Assembly: GCA_014727915.1 (NCBI GenBank)
Contig: WJMO01000010.1
Span: forward strand, 1 to 48,168
DNA: 48,168 bases
Direction of reading: 5' to 3'
Source: Candidatus Altiarchaeales archaeon
GTDB lineage: Archaea; Altiarchaeota; Altiarchaeia; IMC4; SCGC-AAA252-I15
Made by a program: the position numbers and the translations under genes. Positions 25,616-35,432 of this stretch are shown piece after piece. Each line of letters opens with the position of its first letter. Within the stretch, counting starts at the first letter, position 1. The notes beneath the pieces were generated by a model. The model was not told where the DNA came from. It saw only the letters and a program-made list of their open reading frames with translations, and made no database searches.

Positions 25616-27898
25616 ATGCTGGTCGAGCACCCGCTGATAAGGAGGAGGAAGCTGGAGCTGCGCAGGTACCAGGAGACGGTGATAGCCCGGGCTGTGGAGG
25701 ACAACACGCTGGTGGTGCTCCCCACCGGGTTGGGGAAGACCATAGTAGCCGTCGTGGTCGCAGCCCACAGATTGCACAAATACCCGCAGAGCAAGGTGTT
25801 GTTCCTCGCGCCCACGAAACCGCTGGTGGTCCAGCACAGGAAGACCTTCGAGGACTTCCTCACATTGGAGGAGATGTGCGTGATGACCGGCAACGACCCG
25901 GTCAATAAGAGGGAGGAGATGTGGGATGAGAACAGGGTCATATTCGCCACGCCCCAGACCATAGAGAACGACATCATACGCGGTTTGGATTTGAGCGACG
26001 TGTCCCTGATAATATTCGACGAGGCCCACCGGGCGGTGGGGGACTACAGCTACGTGGCCATCGCCAAAGAGTACATTGAGAAGAGCAGCATGCCCTTGAC
26101 CCTCGCGCTGACCGCAAGCCCCTCCAGCCAACGGGAGAAGGTGGCGGAGATATGCCGGAACCTCCACGTTAAGTATGTGGAGGCGAAGACCGACCGGGAC
26201 ATGGACGTGAAACCCTACATACAGGACGTGAAGGTACGGTGGGTGCGTGTTGAGCTGCCAGGGGACTTCAAGGGACTGCAGAAGCTGTTGCAGGACGTGC
26301 TGAGGGACGAGATAAAGCGGTTGAAAGACCTGGGTTACCTGGAGAGCGCCAACATGTCCAAGGTGAACAAGAGGGTGTTGCTGGGGATACAGCATGAGGT
26401 GCGGAGGGAGATAACATCCGGGGGGGACGCGTACAGCGCAGCATCAACGGTGGCCTCAGCCATAAAGGTCAACCACGGGATAGAGCTGTTGGAGACCCAG
26501 GGGATAAGCGCGTTGGACGAGTACTTCAGGAGGCTGCGAAGCCAGAAGTCCAAGGCCGTGAAGAAGCTCATGGCAGACTACAAGATGATGAAGGCCATGG
26601 TCAAGGTCAAGGAGATGCGGAAGAACGGGGTCGAACACCCGAAGCTGGACGAGATGGCTAGGATAGTGAAGAAATACAAGGGGAAGAAGGTATTGGTGTT
26701 CACACAGTACAGGGACTCGGTTGAGAGCATCATATACCGGTTGAACGAGGAGGACATACTCGCCCACGAGTTCATAGGACAGCAGGCCAGGGGCGTGAAG
26801 AAGGGGATGAGCCAGTCCAAGCAGGTGAAGGTGTTGGAACGATTCCGCGAGGGGGCTTACACCGCGTTGGTGGCAACTTCGGTTGCGGAGGAGGGGCTTG
26901 ACATACCCAAGGTGGACGCGGTCGTATTCTACGAGCCCGTGCCCTCGGAGATAAGGACCATACAGCGGAGGGGAAGGACCGGCAGGAGCGCGACCGGGGA
27001 AGTGTACGTGCTCATAGCCAAGGGAACGCGGGACGAGGGATACTACTGGGCGTCAACCCACAAGGAACGCAGGATGGGAGACATCGTCAGGGACATGCGC
27101 AGGGGCCTGGACGAGCAGGCGGGCATAACAGAGTATGAGGGTGAAGGAGGAGTTGAAGAGGGTGAGTTGGCGGACGACAATGAGACCGGCGAGGACGTTG
27201 AAGCTGCGGTTGGCGTCGGACAGCAGAGCCTCATAACGTTCACAAAAGAAAAGGATGATAGGTTGAAGGTGTACGTGGACGTGAGGGAGCGTAACAGCAC
27301 CATACTCTCCGCCCTTCGGGAGAAGTGCGATGTGGAGTTGAAGCAGCTGCCCGTCGGTGACTTCCTGCTGTCGGACAGGGTGTGCGTGGAGCGGAAGACC
27401 ATGGGCGACTTCCTCCAGAGCCTGGTGGACAAGAGGCTGATGGCCCAGGTGAGCGAGATGAGGAGGAACTTCCAGATACCCATACTGATGTTGGAGGGGG
27501 TGGACGAGCTCTACGCGCAGAGGAACATACACCCCAACGCGGTGAGGGGCGCGATGGCCTCCATCGCCGTCGACTTCGACATGCCCATAATACCCACGGA
27601 GGACGAGGAAGACACGGCGCAGATGCTCATAGCCCTGGCTAAGAGGGAGCAGGAGGACAACAGGAGGATCGTCGCGTTGAGGGGCGAGAGGAAGCCCGAA
27701 CTGCTCAAGGAACGGCAGAGGTATATCGTGGAATCCCTGCCCAACGTGTCGGCTGTGCTCGCGGACAGGCTGCTCGAAAGGTTCGGGTCGGTAGAGGCAG
27801 TGATAACGGCCCAGGAGAAGAAACTCATGGAAACCGAGGGCATAGGCTCCAAAAAAGCAAGCGACATACGCAAGGTTGTCAAGAGCAAGTACAAATAG
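25616..27898 (+). CDS. hef: Hef helicase-nuclease (FANCM/XPF homolog)
   Basis: LPTGLGKT, DEAH, TASP, EEGLDIP, QRRGRTGR; ERCC4 nuclease GDF...ERKT.D; C-terminal HhH2. Start ATG 25616. Confidence 0.95.
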   Translation: MLVEHPLIRRRKLELRRYQETVIARAVEDNTLVVLPTGLGKTIVAVVVAAHRLHKYPQSKVLFLAPTKPLVVQHRKTFEDFLTLEEMCVMTGNDPVNKREEMWDENRVIFATPQTIENDIIRGLDLSDVSLIIFDEAHRAVGDYSYVAIAKEYIEKSSMPLTLALTASPSSQREKVAEICRNLHVKYVEAKTDRDMDVKPYIQDVKVRWVRVELPGDFKGLQKLLQDVLRDEIKRLKDLGYLESANMSKVNKRVLLGIQHEVRREITSGGDAYSAASTVASAIKVNHGIELLETQGISALDEYFRRLRSQKSKAVKKLMADYKMMKAMVKVKEMRKNGVEHPKLDEMARIVKKYKGKKVLVFTQYRDSVESIIYRLNEEDILAHEFIGQQARGVKKGMSQSKQVKVLERFREGAYTALVATSVAEEGLDIPKVDAVVFYEPVPSEIRTIQRRGRTGRSATGEVYVLIAKGTRDEGYYWASTHKERRMGDIVRDMRRGLDEQAGITEYEGEGGVEEGELADDNETGEDVEAAVGVGQQSLITFTKEKDDRLKVYVDVRERNSTILSALREKCDVELKQLPVGDFLLSDRVCVERKTMGDFLQSLVDKRLMAQVSEMRRNFQIPILMLEGVDELYAQRNIHPNAVRGAMASIAVDFDMPIIPTEDEEDTAQMLIALAKREQEDNRRIVALRGERKPELLKERQRYIVESLPNVSAVLADRLLERFGSVEAVITAQEKKLMETEGIGSKKASDIRKVVKSKYK

Positions 27899-27920
27899 GT
27901 GTAAAACAATAGAATAAACC

Positions 27921-28949
27921 ATGACAGACGAGGAAGCCGAGGACCGGAGGCGTCGGTGGGATGTCATACACACGAGAGAGCAAGCAAGGAAACAGAACAT
28001 AACCCACTTCAAAAAGGCCATAGAAGAGGCCAGCGGCGCCAAGAAGACCCCGAAAAGCCTGCTTAAGCTGGTCATACACAGCGGGGGAATACGGTCGGGA
28101 GAGGCTTCGGAGGTGCTGGGCGTCAGCAGAGCCAATATAGACCTATGGGTCAGGGCCCTCGAGAAGAAGAACCTTGTGGAGATCGAGAGCAGAAAGCACC
28201 CAAACCCCACGATCAGACCCACCCACGCAGTCATATCGAAGGTGCGTAGGTTCCAGGACAAGAACAAGGAGCTCATAAAGGAACGGAAGGTCAGGACAGA
28301 CCTTGAGACCGAACTCGACAATAGAGCAAAGAGGATGGAGGGCCTGGAGGCGGAGTTGAAGCGCGAACGGCTTCTGAGGTCCCAGCTCGAGGAGAAGCTC
28401 ATACTAACAGACGAGAGGCTCAGGGCAGACGAAGAGGACTTTCTGGACCAGACGACAGACGACATAATGTCAGACATCCAGGAGGGGGAGGTTTTCCTGG
28501 ACTCCGGGTCAACATACCTGCTTTTGGAGGAACGCCCCGATAAGAGCGTCAAACTGTTCCAGAAGGGTTTGGAGGACGGGTCCAAGGGCATGTACATAAC
28601 AAGGTCCAACCCCCGGAAGGTAAGGGACAGACACGACCTGGGAGACACTACCATATGCTGGCTCACCAACGTCCAGGCCGACGGGGACATCATATCGGTG
28701 TCGGGTCTTCAGGACCTTAGCATACTCGTGAGTAACTTCATAGACGAGAACGAAGGGAGCGTGATATTATTGGATGGGTTGGAGTATCTGGTGAGCAACA
28801 ACGACTTCCCGATAGTCCTGAGGCTGGTGCAGCAGATCAGGGACAAAGTCAGCACCTCAGAGTCCAAGATGCTGATACCATTGAACCCCAAGGCGTTGGA
28901 CAGCAAGCAGCTGACACTGCTGGAGAGGGAGTGCCAGACCATCAGATGA
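27921..28949 (+). CDS. wHTH - coiled coil - DUF835 (inactive KaiC/RecA-like) protein
   Basis: EASEVLGVSRANIDLWVRALEKKNLVEI (wHTH); GMYITRSNP, WLT, VILLDGLEYLVSNNDF, LLERE (DUF835). Confidence 0.82.
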   Translation: MTDEEAEDRRRRWDVIHTREQARKQNITHFKKAIEEASGAKKTPKSLLKLVIHSGGIRSGEASEVLGVSRANIDLWVRALEKKNLVEIESRKHPNPTIRPTHAVISKVRRFQDKNKELIKERKVRTDLETELDNRAKRMEGLEAELKRERLLRSQLEEKLILTDERLRADEEDFLDQTTDDIMSDIQEGEVFLDSGSTYLLLEERPDKSVKLFQKGLEDGSKGMYITRSNPRKVRDRHDLGDTTICWLTNVQADGDIISVSGLQDLSILVSNFIDENEGSVILLDGLEYLVSNNDFPIVLRLVQQIRDKVSTSESKMLIPLNPKALDSKQLTLLERECQTIR

Positions 28950-28990
28950 GATTTTAGACGAAAATACCAACTAAGCGGGAGGGAGCTGGT

Positions 28991-30577
28991 GTGGAAGACA
29001 AACTGGGAGGCCCGGGGAGGGAGCAGAACATAGAACTCTACAAGAGGCTTATGAACGAGTTCGCAGGCAGCAAGAGATCCCCCAAGGGGCTTTTGAAGCT
29101 GATAATACACGCGGGTACCGTGCACGCGATAGACGCGTCCGAGATACTGGGGGTGAAGATCACCACAGTAAACGAGTGGATAGGGCTCCTGAAGAAGAAG
29201 CGGCTAATCGAAGTTGACGGGCGTCAGCCCAACCCGAGGGTAAGGCCCACGAAAGAGCTGCTAGAGAGGCTTAAGAGCAAGGACCGCGCCCGGGAGAGGG
29301 ATTTCAAAGAGGATCTTAGGACCGAGTTGGACAGCGAAGACAAGCCCATAGTAGTAGAAGACCTCAAGGAAGAGCTGCTGGCCGAGAAGAAGGCGAGAGC
29401 ACGTCTTGAAGAGGACATAGAACGTGTGAAGCGGGAGGAGCATGAGAGGTCCGAGCAGAGGATTAACGAGTTGGAGAAGCGCCTGCAGAGGGAGGAGATA
29501 GAGAGGAGCAAGGTAGAGGAGATACTCAAGAAGAAGAGCCGGGAGGTGGAGGAGCTGACAGCCGAGGTCATGGCGTTGAAGGAGCGGGCAGCCAAACTTC
29601 AGAAAAACCTGGAAGACGAGAGGGGGGAGGAGCCGGCACACAGAACGACGGCAGAAGCCGGGAGTACGGCCGCAACCGACCCGACAAAAAAGACGCTGAA
29701 GACTCCAACACCCGTTGGGACCCCTCACCCCCAAGCAGACGAACCCGCGCCAAAACCGGCACAAAAGGGGATTAGAGAAGCTGCCGGAGAGCAGCAGAGA
29801 CCTCCACAGGCTAGTAGAGCCGGGCCTGGCGGAGACTCTCCAACGGGGGAGCAGAGGGCGCCAACGCCGGCGGCTCCCACACCAAAGCCCGCAGGGCAGA
29901 CGTCAGGCCAGGACAAGCCCATGGCGTCAACCCAGGATAAAATAGCAGGCAGCGGAGGCGCAAAGCCGCTGCCGGAAGCTCCTGCGAGTAGCATGGCGTC
30001 TTCTGCCGCTACATCACCAACCGCTCCACAGCCGCCTAGGCAGGTGGCTCCACCACAGCCAATAGCCACTCCGGAATCCCGTGAAAGCATGCAAGAGAAT
30101 GTGAAGGCCAAGCCCGCCCAGCCGGAAGAGGATGTCGGACGCCCGAGGACTCCATGGGAGGCCATTAGCGAACCAGGAACGCCCGGTGGGGGAGGAGAGC
30201 TGGAATCCAAGATACTCGGCAGGATGTCGCCTGGAGCCGGGTCTGCCAGGTCGGAATCTCAGGCCTCAACACCCAAAAAAGCAGAGTCAGGCCCCGAAGG
30301 GGAAGACGGCGAAAAGGACAAGGACAGCCTTTTGAAGGTGCTGCTGCAGACCGAGAGCCTAAAGGCAAAGGACGCGGCCTCCATGTTAGGGGTGGACGAA
30401 GGCGCTGTGAAAAAGTGGGTGGACGAACTCGCCAAAGCCAACCTCGTGGAAGCCAAGAAGTCCATGCTCGGATCAGTAGAGATAAGGCTCATAGAAGGGG
30501 TTGACAAGGAGAAGATAAAGGGGGAGCTGGAGGCCGCCGAGATAAGGAAGGAGTTGAAGAGAATAAGGGGCAAGTAG
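28991..30577 (+). CDS. wHTH - coiled coil - Pro/Ala-rich disordered linker - wHTH protein
   Basis: N-terminal domain paralogous to the upstream gene; C-terminal DAASMLGVDEGAVKKWVDELAKANLVE. Confidence 0.78.
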   Translation: MEDKLGGPGREQNIELYKRLMNEFAGSKRSPKGLLKLIIHAGTVHAIDASEILGVKITTVNEWIGLLKKKRLIEVDGRQPNPRVRPTKELLERLKSKDRARERDFKEDLRTELDSEDKPIVVEDLKEELLAEKKARARLEEDIERVKREEHERSEQRINELEKRLQREEIERSKVEEILKKKSREVEELTAEVMALKERAAKLQKNLEDERGEEPAHRTTAEAGSTAATDPTKKTLKTPTPVGTPHPQADEPAPKPAQKGIREAAGEQQRPPQASRAGPGGDSPTGEQRAPTPAAPTPKPAGQTSGQDKPMASTQDKIAGSGGAKPLPEAPASSMASSAATSPTAPQPPRQVAPPQPIATPESRESMQENVKAKPAQPEEDVGRPRTPWEAISEPGTPGGGGELESKILGRMSPGAGSARSESQASTPKKAESGPEGEDGEKDKDSLLKVLLQTESLKAKDAASMLGVDEGAVKKWVDELAKANLVEAKKSMLGSVEIRLIEGVDKEKIKGELEAAEIRKELKRIRGK

Positions 30578-30578
30578 G

Positions 30579-31877
30579 ATGGCCACCCTGATAGTGAACT
30601 CCGGAAGATGCAGCCACGGCAGATGCTACTTCTGCGGATACGGTAGGATAAGGGGTTTCGAACCGGCCGTCGAGAACGTCAACCAATGCCTGGACAGGTT
30701 CTTCAAAGATTTGGGAGATGATGAGGTGAAGGTCTTCGGTTCCGGGAGCTTCCTGGACGAGAAGCAGATACCGGCCGATTCCAGGATGTATTTCATAGGA
30801 AAGTGCAGGGAGCATGGGGTAAAGAGGGTCACAATAGAGTCCAGGCCAGAGTATGTGAACCCTGAAGTTTTGGAGGAGTTCAGAGGACTGGAACTGACGG
30901 TCGCCATGGGCTTGGAAACCGCGGATGAAAGGCTGCTGGAGAAGCTGAACAAGGGATACGGGCGGAGAGAATACGAGGAGGCATCCGACATAATACACAG
31001 GTCAGGGGGAGAGGTGAGGACATACCTCCTCGTCAACCCCCCGTTCGCAAAGGACATAAAGGAGGGTTTGGGGGAGAGCGTGGACTACGCGCTCAAACAT
31101 TCCGACAGCATCGTGCTGATAAACATGCTGCCCCACAAGAACTCTCCGTTGATGAAGGATTATGCGAGCGGGGAATGGAACTTCCTGTCGAGGGAGGAGT
31201 TCAGGGAGACCACAGCGGAGTGGAGTGATGATAATCGGGTTGAATTGGACGAGGAGACCTACAGGTTCACCCCCAACTTCCCCGATGAGATGAGAGAGAA
31301 GTTGAAGGGTGTTGGAGAATGGCACCTCACCCACCCACACTTCGAAGTCTGGCAGGACTACCTCATAAGATGGTACAGGCCACCTGAAGGCAGAATACTA
31401 GTGTTCCTACCCTGCGCGTACAGGAAGCCTTACTCGCAGAGCAGAACACACCAGGGGATAATCGAGGCGTTGAGGAAGGCAGGCCGGAACAGTTTCCACG
31501 AGGTGATGCTGTCGAACGCGGGAGTGATACCAAGGGAGTTCGAAGACCACTACCCATTCAACAGCTACGACTGGGACGAGCGGCTTGAGACTCCGGAGAT
31601 AAAGAGGAGATACATAGAGGTTACTGGGGGGAGGATACGGGACTATTTAACAGAACATGGAAAATACTATAAGAGGGTCGTCTGCTTCCTAAAGCACGAC
31701 AGCGAATCTTACAAGGCATTGGAGGGGGCTTGCAGGGAGACCGGGTACGATATCAAGAACCTGCTGTCGGAGGATACGTACGAGAGGATAAGGGGGGAGG
31801 AGCGGCCACTGCAGGCCAGGGAGGCAATGGAGGACTTGGAAAAGGGCTTAAGATGGTGTCTGGAAAATTCCATGTGA
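30579..31877 (+). CDS. Radical SAM (RaSEA-like) - ArcS catalytic domain (DUF5591-like) fusion, archaeosine biosynthesis
   Basis: GRCSHGRCYFCGY, KVFGSGSFLD, IESRPE, GLET, YLLVNPPF; C-terminal FLPCAYRKPYSQSRTH, GVIPRE, YP..SYD. Confidence 0.82.
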   Translation: MATLIVNSGRCSHGRCYFCGYGRIRGFEPAVENVNQCLDRFFKDLGDDEVKVFGSGSFLDEKQIPADSRMYFIGKCREHGVKRVTIESRPEYVNPEVLEEFRGLELTVAMGLETADERLLEKLNKGYGRREYEEASDIIHRSGGEVRTYLLVNPPFAKDIKEGLGESVDYALKHSDSIVLINMLPHKNSPLMKDYASGEWNFLSREEFRETTAEWSDDNRVELDEETYRFTPNFPDEMREKLKGVGEWHLTHPHFEVWQDYLIRWYRPPEGRILVFLPCAYRKPYSQSRTHQGIIEALRKAGRNSFHEVMLSNAGVIPREFEDHYPFNSYDWDERLETPEIKRRYIEVTGGRIRDYLTEHGKYYKRVVCFLKHDSESYKALEGACRETGYDIKNLLSEDTYERIRGEERPLQAREAMEDLEKGLRWCLENSM

Positions 31878-32353
31878 AGGGAGACGACAGGGACTGGATA
31901 CGGATACGCCTGCAGGAGGAGATTATATCACATGGACTGGAAGGCAACGTGCTGAAGGCCAGCGAAAACAACATAGTCGTAGTGGTTGAAGGGGACAAGA
32001 GCAGGATAAAGAGGCTGTACACCGACGTGACCGAGTTCATGCCCGACGAGGTGGAGGTAGTGGACCTCACCATACGCCCGTCCAAGAAGCCGCGAAGGAT
32101 AAGGATGAGAGGCGTAAGCCCAGGCAGGGCACCGGAGAGGATAGACTACATCCAACAGTACCTGCAGGAGATAGAGAAGACAACCCAGAGGCTGGACCAG
32201 AAGATGAACACCATACTCGCCATCCTAGAGGGCGTTGGCGGCAGCGAGATACTGCAGCGCAGCAGCCTGGAAGACAGGGAGGGCTTCGAGGACGGGGAGA
32301 TGGACGTCGAAGAGGATGCGACCGGAGGTTTCGCGGCCATGTTCGGCGACTAG
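31853..32353 (+). CDS. Degenerate acylphosphatase-like domain plus coiled coil and acidic tail
   Basis: FHVKG...IR, GLEGNV, VVVEGDKSRI fit the acylphosphatase pattern; start ATG 31853. Confidence 0.62.
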   Translation: MVSGKFHVKGDDRDWIRIRLQEEIISHGLEGNVLKASENNIVVVVEGDKSRIKRLYTDVTEFMPDEVEVVDLTIRPSKKPRRIRMRGVSPGRAPERIDYIQQYLQEIEKTTQRLDQKMNTILAILEGVGGSEILQRSSLEDREGFEDGEMDVEEDATGGFAAMFGD

Positions 32354-32547
32354 GAAAGGCTCTCCAGCTGGTTTTTTATATCGAGGATTTTCTTGTGGTA
32401 CATCTTCTGCTTCTTGGTCCTGAGTAGCCTGCTCTCACCGCTAGAGCGAAGATCACGGATCATCTGCTGGTATCTGGCAAGTTCAGACTCTAAAACCGCT
32501 TTTTTCTCCGAATAACGGGCTTTAGCGGCTGTTGAACGCTTTGCCAT
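32350..32547 (-). CDS. Small basic coiled-coil protein
   Basis: 65 aa; fills the gap; AT-rich divergent promoter shared with hisA. Confidence 0.55.
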   Translation of the reverse strand: MAKRSTAAKARYSEKKAVLESELARYQQMIRDLRSSGESRLLRTKKQKMYHKKILDIKNQLESLS

Positions 32548-32583
32548 GGCTAATATATTGATTCAGGACTATAATAGTAGATT

Positions 32584-33282
32584 ATGGAGGTAATACCCGC
32601 CATCGACCTCATGGATGGTAGATGCGTCCAGCTCGTTGGAGGCGACCCGAACACCAAGAAAGACTATGGAGACCCTGTTGGGCGGGGCGTAGGGTGGAAG
32701 GAGAAGGGCGCCAGGACACTGCACGTAGTCGACCTGGACGCTGCGCTCGAAAGGGGCAGCAACCTCAACATACTGACGGATCTGAAGCGGCAGACCAGGC
32801 TGACATTGGAGTTCGGAGGGGGCATACGGACCGAAGAGAAGATGATGGAGCTGCTGAGGCTCGACATCGACAGGATCATAATAGGCACGCTGGCTCTAAA
32901 GGACTTCACCAACGACTTCGAGATACTGAAGTCCGTGAACGATGAGTTCGGAGAGAAGAGGGTGATGGTCGCATTGGACACCAAGGAGGGGCATGTGACA
33001 ATAAAGGGATGGACCGAGAAGACCAGCTTGAAGGCGGTGGACCTGATAGAGGCGAGCGAAGAGTACGTGTGGGGTTACCTCTACACGGACGTCGATGCGG
33101 AGGGAAAGATGATGGGAGTCGACGAGGGGAGGTTCAAGGAGGTTCTCAACGCCACTGACAAGCCGGTCATACTCTCCGGTGGCGTGTCGAGCAGGGAGGA
33201 CATAGACTTCTGCCGTGACGCGGGCGCATGGGGTGTGGTCGTCGGGAAGGCATTATATGAAGGCAAAGTCACTCTTGAATAG
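32584..33282 (+). CDS. hisA: ProFAR isomerase
   Basis: IPAIDLMDGRCVQL, LHVVDLD, GGGIR, VALD, SGGV, VGKALY. Confidence 0.95.
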   Translation: MEVIPAIDLMDGRCVQLVGGDPNTKKDYGDPVGRGVGWKEKGARTLHVVDLDAALERGSNLNILTDLKRQTRLTLEFGGGIRTEEKMMELLRLDIDRIIIGTLALKDFTNDFEILKSVNDEFGEKRVMVALDTKEGHVTIKGWTEKTSLKAVDLIEASEEYVWGYLYTDVDAEGKMMGVDEGRFKEVLNATDKPVILSGGVSSREDIDFCRDAGAWGVVVGKALYEGKVTLE

Positions 33283-33293
33283 CTGATTTGAAG

Positions 33294-34067
33294 ATGTACG
33301 TGAACAACCAGTTCATAACGCTGACCACAGACTTCGGACCCGGCTACTATGTGGCGGAGATGAAGGGAGTCATAAAGAGGGTCAACGACAAGGCCGAAGT
33401 GTTCGACGTCGCCCACAACGTAAGCAGGTACAACATCGTGGAGGGCGCGTTCATACTGTCCAGGGTATGGAGGCATTATCCTAGGAACACCGTGCACGTG
33501 GGAGTCGTCGACCCGAGGGTGGGGTCCGAGCGTAAGGCATTGGCCGTGGAGACAGAATACTGCACGTTCATAGGCCCCGACAACGGGCTGCTAAGGTGGG
33601 CTCTGAAGGACCAGCAGACCATAAGGGCGATATCTTTGGACTCGGACGTCATAAAAACCCGGGCTGGTTTGGATGGTGTGTCGGCCACGTTCCACGGACG
33701 TGACGTGTTCGCCCCCGCAGCCGCGCTGATAACCAAGGGCGTGGACGTCGACACATTGGGTATGAGGTTGGAGGACATCGAAAAGCTGGAAGTGGAAGAG
33801 GACAGGGTGATATACGTAGACGGGTTCGGGGACATAGTAACGACCATAACCAAGGAGATACCATTAGGCTCGAAGGTTAAGGTACTGCATGGGGGTGAGA
33901 GGCACGATGCTGTCTGCGTGGAAAAGTTCAGCGACGCGGAACCTGGCGAGCTCATAGTTTTGAACGGGAGCCACGGGCTGGTGGAGGTCGACGTCAACCA
34001 GGGCAACGCGGCCGAACGCCTTGGCGCCAAGTCGGGAGATGAGATAAGGATAGAGAATGCTGGTTGA
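33294..34067 (+). CDS. SAM hydroxide adenosyltransferase (DUF62, chlorinase/fluorinase family)
   Basis: LTTDFG, VVDP.VG, GPDNG, TFHGRDVF, YVDGFG. Confidence 0.92.
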   Translation: MYVNNQFITLTTDFGPGYYVAEMKGVIKRVNDKAEVFDVAHNVSRYNIVEGAFILSRVWRHYPRNTVHVGVVDPRVGSERKALAVETEYCTFIGPDNGLLRWALKDQQTIRAISLDSDVIKTRAGLDGVSATFHGRDVFAPAAALITKGVDVDTLGMRLEDIEKLEVEEDRVIYVDGFGDIVTTITKEIPLGSKVKVLHGGERHDAVCVEKFSDAEPGELIVLNGSHGLVEVDVNQGNAAERLGAKSGDEIRIENAG

Positions 34068-34800
34068 CACCCACTGCCACCTGGACTACGGAGAGTTCGA
34101 CAACGACCTCGAGGAGGTCATGGGAAGATGCCAGGGTATGTTGGTAGTCAACTCGATAGTCCAGCCGGACGCCGTGGAGAAGGGGCTGCGGCTTTCTGAA
34201 GAGTATGACAACATCCACTGCACGCTGGGTTTGACCGCAAGCGACGTGGACGAAGACAGGTTCAAAGAGGCCAAGAGGCTGGTGAGAGAGCACAGGGACA
34301 GGATCGTCGGTTTGGGCGAGGTCGGCCTGGACTACTACTGGGTGAAAAACGAGGAGGAGAGGGAGGTTGAAAGGCGGCATTTCAGGGAGTTCATCGAGTT
34401 AAGCCGCGATCTGAAGCTGCCGCTGGTCGTGCACAGCAGGGACGCGGAAGGGGATTGCATTAATATTCTTGAAGGGTGTAAGAGTAGAGCCATGATGCAC
34501 TGCTTCTCAGGACCCCCTGAAGAGGCTTTGAAGGCGGTTAAGATGGGGTGCCTGATCTCGGTGCCTGCGAACGTCGCATATGTGAAGAGCAGGCAGAGGC
34601 TCGTGGAAGCGCTGCCATTGGAATCGCTGGTGTTGGAGACGGACTCGCCATACCTGAGCCCCGTGAAGGGCTTCAGGAACGAGCCTGCGAACGTGAAATA
34701 CGCGGCGGAGAAGATAGCGGAATTGAAGGGAGTGAAGGTGAAGGAAGTCGAGGATGCGACATCGGAGAACGCGCTCGAGTATTTCAGCATAGTATTATGA
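34057..34800 (+). CDS. tatD: TatD family nuclease
   Basis: DTHCHL, GEVGLDYY, VHSR, HCFSG, LETDSPYL. Confidence 0.95.
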   Translation: MLVDTHCHLDYGEFDNDLEEVMGRCQGMLVVNSIVQPDAVEKGLRLSEEYDNIHCTLGLTASDVDEDRFKEAKRLVREHRDRIVGLGEVGLDYYWVKNEEEREVERRHFREFIELSRDLKLPLVVHSRDAEGDCINILEGCKSRAMMHCFSGPPEEALKAVKMGCLISVPANVAYVKSRQRLVEALPLESLVLETDSPYLSPVKGFRNEPANVKYAAEKIAELKGVKVKEVEDATSENALEYFSIVL

Positions 34801-35432
34801 TGGCCAAGACGGTGTTGTTGGACTGGGACGGGACATTATGGGATGTGCTGGAGTTCATGCTGGAGACCTACACCCACGTGTTCAACCACTTCGGGCTGAG
34901 GGTGTGGACACGGGAGGAATACCGGGAGAAGTTCAGGCACGACTGGCGGGACATGCTCGATGACATGGGACTCGCAGAGCATGAGGAATACCTGGTGAAC
35001 TACTGGGAGGACAAGATCAGATACGACAGGCCCATGGCATACGATTGGGTCAAAGGCTTCATAGAAGAGACCGCCAAGGAACACGCGTTGGGTGTTGTGT
35101 CGAGCGCTCCCAGGAAACCGCTGATGCGGGAGCTGGACAGGAACAACATACTCGAACACATGGAGGTCGTGGTTTCAGGGGATGACTTCGAGGACCGAAA
35201 GCCGTCGCCTACCCCATTGCTGTATGCAACCAAGAGGCTGGGGGTTAAACCAGAGGACTGCATATACGTGGGTGACATGGTGGAGGACATACAAGCATGC
35301 CGGCAGGCCAACATGCCAGTCATAGCAGTCACCTGGGGACTGCATAGCAAGAGCAGGTTAGAGGCTGAAAAACCGGATCACCTGGTGGAAGACCCCGTGG
35401 AACTTATGGAAGTCATAAAGGGTGACGGGTGA
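34797..35432 (+). CDS. HAD-IA family phosphatase
   Basis: DWDGTL, VVSS, KPSP, YVGDMVEDI; start ATG 34797. Confidence 0.9.
   Translation: MMAKTVLLDWDGTLWDVLEFMLETYTHVFNHFGLRVWTREEYREKFRHDWRDMLDDMGLAEHEEYLVNYWEDKIRYDRPMAYDWVKGFIEETAKEHALGVVSSAPRKPLMRELDRNNILEHMEVVVSGDDFEDRKPSPTPLLYATKRLGVKPEDCIYVGDMVEDIQACRQANMPVIAVTWGLHSKSRLEAEKPDHLVEDPVELMEVIKGDG

Noticed and set aside
27053-28693. 546-aa minus-strand ORF
   Set aside because: Antisense shadow of hef and the DUF835 gene; Ser/Leu-rich with no motifs, as expected from biased codon use.
33294-34067. Fluorinase or chlorinase activity
   Set aside because: The TFHGRD motif with the Asp/Arg/His set is typical of the common archaeal SAM hydrolase members of DUF62.
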